A program made the translations under genes and the position numbers. From assembly GCA_947499075.1 (NCBI GenBank), contig CANMNA010000001.1, forward strand, positions 8,615 to 72,614: 64,000 nucleotides of DNA, in the 5' to 3' direction. The notes below the pieces were generated by a model. It was not told the DNA's origin. It ran no database searches and saw nothing but the letters and a program-made list of their open reading frames with translations. This document shows positions 38,532 through 48,921 of this stretch, in pieces. This stretch comes from Myxococcales bacterium (lineage in GTDB: Bacteria > Myxococcota_A > UBA9042). Each line of letters opens with the position of its first letter. Positions within the stretch are counted from its first letter, which is position 1.

Positions 38532-38600
38532 TCGCCGACAGTCGTTCCAAGCCGCAACGCGCGCAAGCGCAAGAAGCGTTGAAAGTCAAAGAGGGTTACG

Positions 38601-38930
38601 ATGCGCAAGATCCGCAAAGGCGACACCGTCCAAGTCATCGCCGGCAAAGACAACGGCAAGAGTGGCACGGTCAAAAGCATGGCCCGCGATGGCGAAGCTG
38701 TGATTGTCGAAGGCCTTAACATCGTCAAGAAGCACGCCAAGGCCAAGCGCCAGAACGAGACGGCGGGCATCAAAGAGATCGAAGCGCCGTTGCACATCAG
38801 CAATGTGGCGCTCATCAGCCCGACGACCGGCAAGCCGGTGCGTGTCGGATTTCAAACGGTCGAGACCGCGACGGGCCCCAAGAAGGTCCGCGTGGTCCAC
38901 AAGACCGGCGAGGTTCTCGACCCCGTTTAG
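38601..38930 (+). CDS. rplX: 50S ribosomal protein L24
   Basis: [22 protein letters not shown] (KOW motif). Confidence 0.95.
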   Translation: MRKIRKGDTVQVIAGKDNGKSGTVKSMARDGEAVIVEGLNIVKKHAKAKRQNETAGIKEIEAPLHISNVALISPTTGKPVRVGFQTVETATGPKKVRVVHKTGEVLDPV

Positions 38931-39046
38931 GGGTCCAACGAGTCCTCCCAATCCTTCAGACGTCGGCTAAGTGAGCTGGCGCAGGTTGGAGGGGAACCCA
39001 AGGTTCGAGAAGAACACGCGCACTCAGCCGCGCGAATGAGAAACCG

Positions 39047-39589
39047 ATGGCAGCCAGAATGGCCACCAAGTACAAGACCGAAGTCATCGCCGCTCTGACC
39101 AAAGAGTTTGGCTTTGATAACCCGATGCGGGTTCCTCGGTTGCAGAAGATCGTCATCAACTTCGGTATTGGCGAAGCGACGCAGAATCCCAAGGTCGTCG
39201 ACAAGGCGGTTGAGCAGCTCACCATGCTGTCGGGACAAAAGCCGATCGTGACCAAGTCGCGCAAGGCGATCGCCAACTTCAAGCTGCGCGAGAACCAGGC
39301 GATCGGTGTCAAAGTGACCCTGCGCCGTGATCGCATGTGGGAGTTCCTCGATCGGTTGATCAGCATCGCGCTGCCGCGTGTTCGCGACTTTCGCGGTGTC
39401 AGCCCCAAGGGCTTTGACGGGCGGGGCAACTTCACCATGGGTCTGCGCGAGCAGATCATCTTTCCTGAGATCAACTACGAGCAGGTCGACAAGGTCCGCG
39501 GCATGAACGTCACCTTGGTGACCAGCGCTGTCAATGACGCCGAGAGCAAGTCCTTGCTCTTGGCGCTGGGCATGCCGTTCCGCAAGTAG
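39047..39589 (+). CDS. rplE: 50S ribosomal protein L5
   Basis: [15 protein letters not shown]...[19 protein letters not shown]. Confidence 0.96.
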   Translation: MAARMATKYKTEVIAALTKEFGFDNPMRVPRLQKIVINFGIGEATQNPKVVDKAVEQLTMLSGQKPIVTKSRKAIANFKLRENQAIGVKVTLRRDRMWEFLDRLISIALPRVRDFRGVSPKGFDGRGNFTMGLREQIIFPEINYEQVDKVRGMNVTLVTSAVNDAESKSLLLALGMPFRK

Positions 39590-39684
39590 CCGAGTCAACC
39601 GTCGAAACGAAGTAGCACACCAGCACCAGGGCAACACAGACCGCAGCGACCCAGCCCGAAGTGACTGGGCACAGAGAGCGAAAA

Positions 39685-39870
39685 ATGGCCAAGACAAGCA
39701 AGATCATCGCCGCCACCCGCACACCCAAGTTTACGGTGCGCAAGCACAGCCGCTGCGAGCGCTGCGGTCGCCCCAAGGCGTTTATGCGCAAGTTCGGGCT
39801 GTGCCGCATTTGTTTTCGGCAGCTTGCCCACCGTGGTGAGCTACCTGGCGTGACCAAGGCTTCTTGGTAA
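39685..39870 (+). CDS. rpsN: 30S ribosomal protein S14, short zinc-binding type
   Basis: I chose the start at [19 protein letters not shown]...CRIC (four Cys). 61 aa. Confidence 0.93.
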   Translation: MAKTSKIIAATRTPKFTVRKHSRCERCGRPKAFMRKFGLCRICFRQLAHRGELPGVTKASW

Positions 39871-39960
39871 CCCTGTGGCCGCGCGATTCGGCCAACCCAG
39901 CGTGAACCAGCCCTTTTGAGCCACCTATTTCTAGTAAGTGACTAGCAAGCGAGAACTGCC

Positions 39961-40359
39961 ATGCCGACCAGCGACCCGATTGCGGACTTCTTGACCCGCG
40001 TACGCAACGCGATCCTCGCCCGCCACAGCAACGTGCGGGTGCCCACCTCCAACACCTTGCGCGCGATCGCTGAGATCCTGCAGCAGGAAGGCTACTTGGC
40101 AGAGCTCAATGACGACGCTGTCGCTGAGCATCCGGCCATCGTGTTGACTTTGCGCTATTGCGCTGACAAGTCCAACGCGATCTCGGGGCTGCGGCGCTGG
40201 TCGCGGCCCGGACAGCGCAAGTACGTGGGTGTGACCGAGATCCCCAAGGTGAAGAACGGCATGGGCATTGCCATCCTGTCGACCTCTTCGGGTGTCATGA
40301 CCGGCAACAAGGCGCGTCAGCTCAATGTGGGCGGCGAGTTGCTGTGCACGGTCTGGTAG
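39961..40359 (+). CDS. rpsH: 30S ribosomal protein S8
   Basis: MPTSDPIADFLTRVRNA. Confidence 0.96.
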   Translation: MPTSDPIADFLTRVRNAILARHSNVRVPTSNTLRAIAEILQQEGYLAELNDDAVAEHPAIVLTLRYCADKSNAISGLRRWSRPGQRKYVGVTEIPKVKNGMGIAILSTSSGVMTGNKARQLNVGGELLCTVW

Positions 40360-40473
40360 CCAGTCCGAAGTTCTGTGCCGCTGTGGCGACGCCACTGGCC
40401 AGATGACCACCGCCAGCCGAACCCCAAGCGGTCTGTAGATCGACCAGCGGGCCACAGGGGCAGGAGATTTGAG

Positions 40474-41055
40474 ATGAGTACGGAAAGTGCAAATAAAATC
40501 GTTGCTTCACGCGTGGGCAAAGCCCCAGTCGTGGTGCCGCCCAAGGTGACCGTGAGCGTGGTGGGCGATGATGTGACGGTTAAGGGGCCGCTCGGCGCGC
40601 TCCACCGGACATTCAAGGGCGTGACGTTTGAACAGCAGCAGGGCCAGATTCTGGTCCACCCGGTCGATACCAACCGCACCGGCAAGGCGCTGCACGGCTT
40701 GGGCCGCAACTTGCTGCGCAACATGGTTCAGGGCGTCACCGTGGGCTACAAGCGTGAGCTCGATGTCCAAGGCGTCGGCTTCAAAGTCGAGCAGTCGGGC
40801 CAAGTGCTCAAGTTCTCGATTGGCTTTTCGCACACGATCAACTACGCGCTGCCCGACAGCGTGCAGTGCAAGATTGAAAAGCTGATTCACCTGGAGCTGA
40901 CCTCGATCGACAAAGAAGCGGTCGGTCAGGCTGCAGCCAACATTCGCGATCTGCGTCCGCCGGAGCCCTACAAGGGCAAGGGCATTCGCTACACCAACGA
41001 GAAAGTGCGGCAGAAGGCCGGCAAGTCCGGCGGCAAGGGCGGCAAGAAAAAGTAA
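40474..41055 (+). CDS. rplF: 50S ribosomal protein L6
   Basis: I chose the start at MSTESANKIVASRVGKAPVVVP, with GGAG upstream. ...PEPYKGKGIRY. Confidence 0.94.
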   Translation: MSTESANKIVASRVGKAPVVVPPKVTVSVVGDDVTVKGPLGALHRTFKGVTFEQQQGQILVHPVDTNRTGKALHGLGRNLLRNMVQGVTVGYKRELDVQGVGFKVEQSGQVLKFSIGFSHTINYALPDSVQCKIEKLIHLELTSIDKEAVGQAAANIRDLRPPEPYKGKGIRYTNEKVRQKAGKSGGKGGKKK

Positions 41056-41065
41056 CCTGACCGGT

Positions 41066-41116
41066 CACGGTCGGGCTCACTGCACGGTCGGGCTCACTGC
41101 ACGGACGGGCTCACTG
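41066..41116 (+). repeat. 17-bp x3 tandem repeat CACGGTCGGGCTCACTG in the rplF-rplR spacer
   Basis: Units at 41066-41082, 41083-41099 and 41100-41116 (one T>A change in the third unit). Confidence 0.95.
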
Positions 41117-41221
41117 CAACAGTGCCACGGTTTCGCCGAGCGTAGGGGCCGTCCCCCGCGCTTCACCCCAGCAAAGTGTTGGGGCGGTGGTTTGGGCAGT
41201 TCTAGAAGCGAGGAAGCTGTT

Positions 41222-41629
41222 ATGTCGATTCAGCATTACAAGAATGCGCGCGAGCACCGCAAGGTGCGTCTCCGCCACACCATCAAAGGGACCGCGCAGC
41301 GGCCACGCATGTCGGTGTTCCGCTCGGCCAAGCACATCTACGTGCAGGTCATCGACGACGACTCTGGCAAGACCCTGGCCGCCGCTTCGACCATCGAAGC
41401 GAGCATGAAGACGTTCGAAGGCAACAAGACGGCCGCCGCTAAAGCGGTCGGTCAGCTTGCCGCAGAGCGCGCCCTGGCCAGCGGCATCACCAAATTGGTG
41501 TTTGACCGCAACGGGTTTCATTACTGCGGCCGCATTGCAGCGGTGTCGCAGGCCGCCCACGAGATGGGCCTGTTGACCAAAGAAGGCCACAGCCCCAGCA
41601 CCGGCGGCGACGCCCCAGGCCAGGAGTAA
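41222..41629 (+). CDS. rplR: 50S ribosomal protein L18
   Basis: I chose the start at MSIQHYKNAREHRKVRLRHTIKGTAQRPRMSVFRS. Confidence 0.94.
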   Translation: MSIQHYKNAREHRKVRLRHTIKGTAQRPRMSVFRSAKHIYVQVIDDDSGKTLAAASTIEASMKTFEGNKTAAAKAVGQLAAERALASGITKLVFDRNGFHYCGRIAAVSQAAHEMGLLTKEGHSPSTGGDAPGQE

Positions 41630-41635
41630 TCGATT

Positions 41636-42193
41636 ATGGCTGAGCAGACCAATTCCAATCCCCGCGGCAACCGCAACGATCGTCCTCAACGCCGCGAGCC
41701 GCGCGAGAAGGACCAAGACGAGCTGTTGACCGCGACCATCGCGATCAACCGCACTGCCAAGGTCGTCAAGGGCGGCCGGCGCTTCAGCTTTTCGGCGCTC
41801 ATCGTCGTGGGCGACGGTAAGGGCAACGTCGGTGTCGGCATGGGCAAGGCCTCCGAAGTGCCGGAAGCCATCCGCAAGGGCACCGAGCAGGCGCGCAAGT
41901 CGATGTTTCTGGTGCCGCTGGTCAAGGGTTCCATCCCGCACGATGTCATGGGCCACTATGGCGCGGGCGAAGTGCTGCTCAAGCCGGCTGGCAAAGGGAC
42001 CGGCGTCATTGCCGGTGGCCCTGTGCGCGCGCTGCTCGAGCAGGCAGGCGTACGCGACGTTGTCACCAAGTGCATTGGTTCGAACAACCCGCACAACGTC
42101 GTTCGGGCCACGGTCGATGCGCTCAAGCAGTTGCGCACGGTCGAGGATGTCGCGAGCCGTCGCGGCAAGGCTGTCGAAGAATTGCGCGGCTAG
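41636..42193 (+). CDS. rpsE: 30S ribosomal protein S5
   Basis: [36 protein letters not shown]. Confidence 0.96.
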   Translation: MAEQTNSNPRGNRNDRPQRREPREKDQDELLTATIAINRTAKVVKGGRRFSFSALIVVGDGKGNVGVGMGKASEVPEAIRKGTEQARKSMFLVPLVKGSIPHDVMGHYGAGEVLLKPAGKGTGVIAGGPVRALLEQAGVRDVVTKCIGSNNPHNVVRATVDALKQLRTVEDVASRRGKAVEELRG

Positions 42194-42369
42194 CCGCTGT
42201 TGCAGGACGGCACGGCAGGCTTGGGCTTGCCGTTGCCGCCGCCTGCGCTTATACTCCCGCGCCCTTGGTCTGGTCCGACGCTGCTGTCGGCACCACATTA
42301 CGGGCCTCCGCCCGCCCGCCGCCAGACTTCGTTGTCCGGGCAGCGGTCTACCACAAACGAGTTTGCGCC

Positions 42370-42828
42370 ATGAAAGAACTGAGCAACCTGCAAGCGCCGC
42401 GCGGCGCGAATCGTCAGACCAAGCGCTTGGGCCGTGGCCCGGGCTCTGGCCAGGGCAAGACGGCCGGCAAGGGCCACAAGGGGCAGCTGGCGCGCAAGAG
42501 TCCTGATGTCGGCAACTCGTTCGAGGGCGGCCAAATGCCGATCCAGCGGCGCTTGCCCAAGATCGGCTTCACCAACATCTTCCGGACGCGCTTGGCTTCG
42601 GTCAATGTTGGCGATCTCGTGATTTTCGAGGCCAACACCCGCATAGACGAGATTACCTTGCGCGCCGTGGGCTTGGTCCGCGGCCGCTGGGACGGTGTCA
42701 AAATTCTGGGTGACGGCGATCTGGACCGCGCGCTGACCGTCGTCGCCGACAAGTTCAGCGAGACAGCGCAGACCAAGATTGCCGCCGCCGGCGGCACCGC
42801 AGAAACCAAAGCGGCAGGCCGAACTTAA
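42370..42828 (+). CDS. rplO: 50S ribosomal protein L15
   Basis: I chose the start at MKELSNLQAPRGANRQTKRLGRGPGSGQGKTAGKGHKGQ. Confidence 0.94.
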   Translation: MKELSNLQAPRGANRQTKRLGRGPGSGQGKTAGKGHKGQLARKSPDVGNSFEGGQMPIQRRLPKIGFTNIFRTRLASVNVGDLVIFEANTRIDEITLRAVGLVRGRWDGVKILGDGDLDRALTVVADKFSETAQTKIAAAGGTAETKAAGRT

Positions 42829-42943
42829 GCCAATCGCCGGGCGGCGTGACAGCGCGACTCACCCAGTGAGGCGGTGCGGTTCGGCCCCTATGTTCGCTAG
42901 CGCGGCGCCGCCTTGCGCCAGTTCCTGAGAGAAGAGGTCGTCC

Positions 42944-44275
42944 GTGGCCAATGTGCTACAGAACATCGCCAAAGTACCCGAGCTGAAAAGCCGCGTGTTG
43001 TTTTCACTCGCGATGCTCGCCATTTACCGCATTGGCGTGTTCGTCACGGTGCCCGGCGTCGATCGTCACGTCATGGCCGACTACATGAACAGCCGGGGTG
43101 CCGGCGGGTTGATGGGCCTGATTGACCTATTTTCGGGCGGGGCGCTGCAACAGGTCTCGATTTTTGCGCTTGGCATCATGCCGTACATCTCGGCGAGCAT
43201 CATCTTGCAGCTGCTGACGGTGGTAGTCCCGGCTGTCGAGCGCTTGAACAAAGAAGGCGACGCGGGCCGGCGCAAGATCAACCAGTGGACCCGCTACGGC
43301 TGCGTGATCCTCTCGATCGTTCAGGGTACTGCGCTGGCAATTTGGCTTGAAGGCATGAATTCTGCGGCGCTAGGCGGCGTAGTCCAAAACGGCGGCTGGG
43401 GCTTTCGGGCGCTGTGCGTGCTGTCCTTGACCGCGGGCACCACCTTTATCATGTGGCTTGGCGAGCAGATTACTGAGCGCGGCATCGGCAACGGCATCTC
43501 GCTGGTCATCTACGCGGGCATCGTGGCCGGCTTGCCGAGCGCCGTGCATCAGACCTGGGAGTTGGTCAAGAATGGCCAAATTCCTATCCCGGTGCTCATT
43601 CTGATCGCTGGTCTGGTGGTCGGCGTCATCGCCGTCATCGTGTACTTTGAGAGCGCCCAGCGCCGGATCTTGGTGCAGTACGCCAAGCGGACGGTCAACC
43701 GCCAAGCCGTGGCAGCCGCGAACTCGTACCTGCCGCTCAAGGTCAACTCAGCCGGCGTGATTCCGCCGATCTTTGCTTCTTCGATCCTGATGTTCCCGGC
43801 GACCTTGGCCAACTTCTTTCCTGACCAAAACTGGTTGGTGGGCGTGGTCAATGGCTTGTCACCCGGACGCATGATGTACAACGCGATGTATGTCGCGCTG
43901 ATCGTGTTCTTCTGCTACTTCTACACGGCCGTTACCTTCAACTCAGTCGACATTGCCGACAACTTGCGGCGCGGTGGTGGCGCAGTCGTCGGCGTTCGCG
44001 CTGGCAAAGACACTGCGGAGTACATTGACCGGGTGCTGTCGCGGATCACCTTTGGCGGGGCACTGTACATTTCCAGCGTGTGCGTATTGCCGACGCTGCT
44101 GCAGACAAACTTCAACGTGCCGTTCTACTACGGCGGCACTTCTCTGCTGATCGTGGTCGGCGTCGCCATGGACACCGCCAAGCAGATTGAGAGCCACCTG
44201 ATTAGCCGCTCCTATGAGAGCTTTGGCGGCGAGCGTGGTCCGAGGATGCGCGGTCGGCGGTTAGACGATGTGTGA
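42944..44275 (+). CDS. secY: Preprotein translocase subunit SecY
   Basis: GTG start. ELKSRVLFSLAMLAIYRIGVFVTVPG...FALGIMPYISASIILQLL. Confidence 0.96.
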   Translation: MANVLQNIAKVPELKSRVLFSLAMLAIYRIGVFVTVPGVDRHVMADYMNSRGAGGLMGLIDLFSGGALQQVSIFALGIMPYISASIILQLLTVVVPAVERLNKEGDAGRRKINQWTRYGCVILSIVQGTALAIWLEGMNSAALGGVVQNGGWGFRALCVLSLTAGTTFIMWLGEQITERGIGNGISLVIYAGIVAGLPSAVHQTWELVKNGQIPIPVLILIAGLVVGVIAVIVYFESAQRRILVQYAKRTVNRQAVAAANSYLPLKVNSAGVIPPIFASSILMFPATLANFFPDQNWLVGVVNGLSPGRMMYNAMYVALIVFFCYFYTAVTFNSVDIADNLRRGGGAVVGVRAGKDTAEYIDRVLSRITFGGALYISSVCVLPTLLQTNFNVPFYYGGTSLLIVVGVAMDTAKQIESHLISRSYESFGGERGPRMRGRRLDDV

Positions 44276-44314
44276 GCAAGATCGCCGAGCCACACGCGTC
44301 AAGGTAGCCAGGCC

Positions 44315-44986
44315 ATGACGACTTCGGTTGCCCACAAGATCATTTTGGTAGGCCCGCCCGGTGCTGGCAAAGGTACCGTTGCCAAAGGCTTGGTCGACAG
44401 ATTCGGCCTGACCCATCTTTCGACTGGCGACATGCTGCGCGCAGCTGGGGCTGCTGGAACTGAGGTTGGCACGCTGGCGAAGACGTTTATGGATCGCGGC
44501 GCTCTGGTGCCCGATGAGGTCATGGTCAAGCTCATTTCTGAGCGCGTGCAGGCCAACGATTGCCGCAACCCCGATGGGTCGCCGCGGTTCCTGCTCGACG
44601 GTTTTCCGCGCACGCTGCCCCAGGCTGATGCGCTGGCTGCCGAGGGCCTTTCGCCCGATTTGGTGATTTTTCTGGACGTACCGACCGACGCCGTTGTGCG
44701 CAGGCTGTGCGGCCGCCGGACTTGCCCGGCGTGTGGTGGTGTCCACCACGTCGAGTTTGCCCCGCCGCTCAAAGATGGCATGTGCGATCGCTGTGGTGCC
44801 GCTTTGGTTCACCGCAGCGACGACCAAGAGGCGACAATTCGCCAGCGCTTGGCGGCGTTTGAGGCGCAAACCTCACCGCTGGTGCAACGCTATGGCAGTG
44901 TGATTGCGCGCGTCGATGGCAACCAGGCACCCGAAGTGGTGCTCAAGGCGGCCGCCGCGGTGGCGCGCGCCCACGGTGTCACCTGA
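44315..44986 (+). CDS. adk: Adenylate kinase (Cys4 zinc lid)
   Basis: LVGPPGAGKGT... The lid reads CPACGGVHHV...CDRCG. Confidence 0.95.
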   Translation: MTTSVAHKIILVGPPGAGKGTVAKGLVDRFGLTHLSTGDMLRAAGAAGTEVGTLAKTFMDRGALVPDEVMVKLISERVQANDCRNPDGSPRFLLDGFPRTLPQADALAAEGLSPDLVIFLDVPTDAVVRRLCGRRTCPACGGVHHVEFAPPLKDGMCDRCGAALVHRSDDQEATIRQRLAAFEAQTSPLVQRYGSVIARVDGNQAPEVVLKAAAAVARAHGVT

Positions 44987-45016
44987 CCGCTGGTAGCAAA
45001 GACGAAGGGAGCGTGG

Positions 45017-45235
45017 ATGTCGAAAGACGACGCCATTGAAGTAGAAGGGACTGTACTGGAGCCGTTGCCCAACGCGATGTTTCGGGTGCAGCTTGAGAAC
45101 GGTCACAAGGTCTTGGCGCACGTTTCGGGCAAAATGCGCATGCACTTCATCCGGATCCTGCCGGGCGACAAAGTCAAAGTGGCCCTGAGCCCCTACGACT
45201 TGACGCGCGGTCGCATCACTTACCGCGCAAAGTAA
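45017..45235 (+). CDS. infA: Translation initiation factor IF-1
   Basis: [41 protein letters not shown]. Confidence 0.97.
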   Translation: MSKDDAIEVEGTVLEPLPNAMFRVQLENGHKVLAHVSGKMRMHFIRILPGDKVKVALSPYDLTRGRITYRAK

Positions 45236-45399
45236 CTGCCGTCGCGCCTAGCGCGCCGATGGTGAAAAGCAGCGCTGGGCGGCAAGCGCCCACCGGTCGG
45301 CCCAAATTGGGGCTTCCGCTTTGCGATGAAACCGGGTACACTGCCGCCCCCTCGCTGACCCAACTGGGCCGAGGGTACGCTGGAACGAGAGGAAACACT

Positions 45400-45513
45400 A
45401 TGAAGGTACGAGCTTCTGTCAAGCCAATCTGTGACCAGTGCCGCATGGTCAAGCGCCGCGGCATCGTGCGCGTGATCTGCGTCACACCCAAGCACAAGCA
45501 GCGCCAAGGGTAG
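45400..45513 (+). CDS. rpmJ: 50S ribosomal protein L36
   Basis: [37 protein letters not shown], read inside track ORF 45259..45513. Confidence 0.95.
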   Translation: MKVRASVKPICDQCRMVKRRGIVRVICVTPKHKQRQG

Positions 45514-45646
45514 GTCGAGCGGCAGCTCGGGCGTCGTCAGGCGCACCTAGCCGCTGAATTCATTTGGTCCTCGTCACTCTGACGTCGACCCACAACAGTC
45601 GATGCGCGTGCCCGCCAACAGCCGCACGCGCCGCAAGAGGTAGATC

Positions 45647-46012
45647 ATGGCTCGTATCGCAGGTGTTGACCTGCCCCGCAACAAGCGCATTGAGATCGCG
45701 CTGCGCTCGATCTACGGGGTCGGCCCGCGCGTCGCCACCGATGTGTGCAACAAAGCTGGGGTTCCTTTGGATCGCAAGGCCGACGAACTGACGGAAGTCG
45801 ACGTCGTCCGCATCCGTGACGTGCTCGAAAACCAGTACAAGGTGGAGGGCGACCTGCGTCGTCAAATCGCCATGGACATCAAGCGTTTGATGGATTTGGG
45901 CTGCTACCGTGGCCTGCGTCACCGCAAGGGACTGCCCGTCCGCGGTCAGCGCACCCACACCAACGCCCGGACCCGCAAGGGTCCACGTCGGACGGCCATC
46001 AAGAAGAAGTAG
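45647..46012 (+). CDS. rpsM: 30S ribosomal protein S13
   Basis: [19 protein letters not shown]. Confidence 0.97.
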   Translation: MARIAGVDLPRNKRIEIALRSIYGVGPRVATDVCNKAGVPLDRKADELTEVDVVRIRDVLENQYKVEGDLRRQIAMDIKRLMDLGCYRGLRHRKGLPVRGQRTHTNARTRKGPRRTAIKKK

Positions 46013-46115
46013 ACGGCGCGACGCCGCAAGGCGATCGCCACAGAAGCAAGCGACCGGCACGCTGCCGGCGCCCACTGCGCGATCCGAGAGGATCGGCACC
46101 TGTTGAGGAAGTTTC

Positions 46116-46526
46116 ATGGCCACTGGCAACACCAACAAGCCCGCCACCGCGGCCCGCGCCAAAAAGCGGGTCAAGAAGAATGTGCAGACCGGGGTGGTCC
46201 ACATTGCATCGACGTTCAACAACACGATCGTGACCGTCACCGATGTGGCTGGCAACACGCTGGCGTGGTCGTCGTGTGGTCGCCGCGGCTTCAAAGGCTC
46301 GCGCAAGTCGACGCCGTTTGCGGCACAAATGTCCGCCGAAGACGCGGTCAAGCGTGCGCAGGAACATGGCGTCAAGACAGTGTCCGTGCTGGTCAAGGGG
46401 CCAGGCACCGGTCGCGAAGCTGCGCTGCGGGCGCTGGCCAACGCCGGACTGAAAGTCACGACAATTCGAGATGTTACACCGATTCCGCACAACGGTTGTC
46501 GGCCGCCGAAGCGCCGCCGCGTCTAG
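46116..46526 (+). CDS. rpsK: 30S ribosomal protein S11
   Basis: [18 protein letters not shown]...[14 protein letters not shown]. Confidence 0.97.
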   Translation: MATGNTNKPATAARAKKRVKKNVQTGVVHIASTFNNTIVTVTDVAGNTLAWSSCGRRGFKGSRKSTPFAAQMSAEDAVKRAQEHGVKTVSVLVKGPGTGREAALRALANAGLKVTTIRDVTPIPHNGCRPPKRRRV

Positions 46527-46636
46527 AACGGGCGTGTCGCCTCACCTATCGGTCCCAGTTTCACCGCGCGCACCGCGCAAATGACAAGAACGCGCACTGC
46601 GCATCTGGTTACGCACCAGTAGATCTCGGAGAACCT

Positions 46637-47266
46637 ATGGCTCGTTACATTGGACCTGTCTGTCGCCTGTGCCGCCGCGAAGGGCTCAAGCTCTTCCTCA
46701 AGGGCGAGCGCTGCTACACAGACAAGTGCGCCGTTGATCGTCGGCACTACATTCCTGGCCAGCACGGCCAGGCCCGCCCAGCCAAGGTTTCGGAGTTCGG
46801 CCGCCAGCTGCGCGAGAAACAGAAGGTCAAGCGCATCTACGGCGTTTTGGAGAAGCAGTTCCGCGGCTACTACGAGCTGGCAGCGCGCAAAGGTGGCGTC
46901 ACCGGCGAGAACCTGCTGTCGTTCCTCGAGCGTCGCTTGGATAACGTGGTGTATCGTTTGGGCTTTGCCACCAGCCGCAGCGAAGCCCGCTTGCTGGTGC
47001 GCCACGGTCACGTCCACCTCAACGGCAAGCCGGTGGACATTCCCTCGATGTCGCTCAAAGCCGGCGACGAGGTCAAAGTCATCGACTCGTCCAAGGAAAT
47101 CGCGCGCATCGTCGAAGCGATCGAGAGCGTCGAGCGCCGTGGCGTTCCGGCGTGGCTGACCTTGGATCGCAAGGCGATGGCCGGCAAGATCATGACACTG
47201 CCGACCCGCGCTGATGTGACAATGCCCATCGAAGAGCGGCTCATCGTCGAATTGTACTCGAAGTAG
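46637..47266 (+). CDS. rpsD: 30S ribosomal protein S4
   Basis: [26 protein letters not shown], the in-frame internal start of track ORF 46103..47266. Confidence 0.96.
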   Translation: MARYIGPVCRLCRREGLKLFLKGERCYTDKCAVDRRHYIPGQHGQARPAKVSEFGRQLREKQKVKRIYGVLEKQFRGYYELAARKGGVTGENLLSFLERRLDNVVYRLGFATSRSEARLLVRHGHVHLNGKPVDIPSMSLKAGDEVKVIDSSKEIARIVEAIESVERRGVPAWLTLDRKAMAGKIMTLPTRADVTMPIEERLIVELYSK

Positions 47267-47358
47267 TCCCGTCCCTAGGTGCGGCAGCGGCCTCCAATCG
47301 GTGGTCCGTTGACGCCCACGCCCACCATCGCGGGCAAACGCCCGCCGCGAGGATCGCC

Positions 47359-48465
47359 ATGGCAGACACCATGCAGCGCAACTGGAAAAACCTGCAGCGC
47401 CCGAAGGCTTTAGAAGTCGAGGAGCTGACCGATACCTACGGCAAGTTCCGCGTGGAGCCGCTAGAGCGCGGCTATGGCCAGACGTTGGGCAACAGCCTGC
47501 GCCGGGTCCTGCTGTCGAGCATCCGCGGCGCAGCCATCACCGGCGTGCGCATGGCGGCGCTGGGCAAAGTGGTGCGCGAAGACGACAGCGGCAAGGGCAA
47601 GGTCCAGCGCAAGATGGTCGAGCAGATGCAATCGGCACTGCACGAATTTCAGGCGCTGCCCGACGTTGTCGAAGACGTCGCCGAGATCGTGTTGAACCTC
47701 AAAGAGGTCAACTTTCGGCTCGATAGTGGCGAAGGGCCTGAATTGGTTCAGCTTGTCGCTGAGGCTCCTCCCGGCAACGTGCCGCTCGAAGTCACCGCGG
47801 GCATGCTGCAGGTGCCCCACAATCTGACCGTGCTCAATCCCGAGCTGCACCTGATGACGGTGGAGCCAGGTGGTCGGCTCGAGATGGAGCTGACGGTCAA
47901 AGAAGGCGTGGGCTACGTGCCGGCGACCCGCGATACCGAAGACGCCACGGTCGACCTGTTGCCGATCGACGCCATTTTCTCGCCAGTCCGGCGTGTCAAC
48001 CTGCGCGTGACCAACGCCCGTGTTGAGCAGCGCACTGACTACGATCGGCTGACGCTAGAAGTTTGGACCAACGGCGCCATTGACCCGGAGATGGCGGTCA
48101 GCGTCGCTGCAAAGATTCTGCGCGACCAGACCCGCGTGTTCGTCAACTTCGATGACGAAGACGAGATCTTTGACGACGAGGCCGACGACGGCGTGCAGAC
48201 CACCGCGCCGCTCAACGAGAACCTGTGGAAGACCATTGATTCCTTGGAGCTGTCGGTCCGCTCGGCCAACTGTCTGCAAAACGCCAACATTCGCTTTGTC
48301 GGTGAGCTGGTGCAGAAGACTGAGTCCGACATGCTCAAGACCAAGAACTTTGGGCGCAAGTCGCTCAAGGAAATCAAGGACACCTTGGAGACCATGAGTT
48401 TGCAGCTCGGCATGCGCGTGGAAGGCTTTGACCCTGACAACCCGCCGCCGGTGGCCGTGGCCTAG
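47359..48465 (+). CDS. rpoA: DNA-directed RNA polymerase alpha subunit
   Basis: GYGQTLGNSLRRVLLSSI... The C-terminal domain reads LELSVRSANCLQNANIRFVGELV. There is an insertion in the N-terminal domain region. Confidence 0.95.
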   Translation: MADTMQRNWKNLQRPKALEVEELTDTYGKFRVEPLERGYGQTLGNSLRRVLLSSIRGAAITGVRMAALGKVVREDDSGKGKVQRKMVEQMQSALHEFQALPDVVEDVAEIVLNLKEVNFRLDSGEGPELVQLVAEAPPGNVPLEVTAGMLQVPHNLTVLNPELHLMTVEPGGRLEMELTVKEGVGYVPATRDTEDATVDLLPIDAIFSPVRRVNLRVTNARVEQRTDYDRLTLEVWTNGAIDPEMAVSVAAKILRDQTRVFVNFDDEDEIFDDEADDGVQTTAPLNENLWKTIDSLELSVRSANCLQNANIRFVGELVQKTESDMLKTKNFGRKSLKEIKDTLETMSLQLGMRVEGFDPDNPPPVAVA

Positions 48466-48531
48466 CCGCAGCGTGTTTGGCCCTGAAATAGACCACTTGA
48501 ACTGACCTAGCTCGACCTCTGCGAGGATCCC

Positions 48532-48882
48532 ATGCGCCACCTACTCAAAGGCAACAAGCTCAGCCGCGAAACATCGCACCGCCGGTCGATGTTGCTCAAT
48601 CTGTGCAAGTCACTGATCATCCACGGTCAGCTGACGACGACCATTGCCAAGGCCAAAGAACTGCGCGGATGGATCGAGCCGATGATCACCGCAGCGCGGG
48701 AGGACTCAGTGCATCAGCGCCGGCTGAGCTTTGCCAAGTTGCGCGACAACGGCTTGGTGGCCAAGCTGTTTACCGAGCTCGCGCCCAAATACGCGACGCG
48801 GCCAGGCGGGTACACCCGTACGCTCAAGATTGGCCGACGCTCGGGCGATGCGGCTGAGATGGCGATTATCGCGTTTGTCTAG
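48532..48882 (+). CDS. rplQ: 50S ribosomal protein L17
   Basis: MRHLLKGNKLSRETSHRRSMLLNL. Confidence 0.96.
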   Translation: MRHLLKGNKLSRETSHRRSMLLNLCKSLIIHGQLTTTIAKAKELRGWIEPMITAAREDSVHQRRLSFAKLRDNGLVAKLFTELAPKYATRPGGYTRTLKIGRRSGDAAEMAIIAFV

Positions 48883-48921
48883 ACAGACCATGCGCTGACT
48901 TTGCGGTAGGCCCACCTTCGG

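Noticed and set aside
42194-42369. The gap between rpsE and rplO as a hidden rpmD (L30).
   Set aside because: No ORF of suitable size or sequence exists in any plus-strand frame. The gap is GC-rich non-coding-looking sequence.
43244-43266. A core-repeat-like string, TTGAACAAAGAAGGCGACGCGGG, inside secY.
   Set aside because: It matches only the first 10 nt well. It lies in a conserved coding segment (ERLNKEGDAGRR) with normal codon usage, so it is most likely chance.
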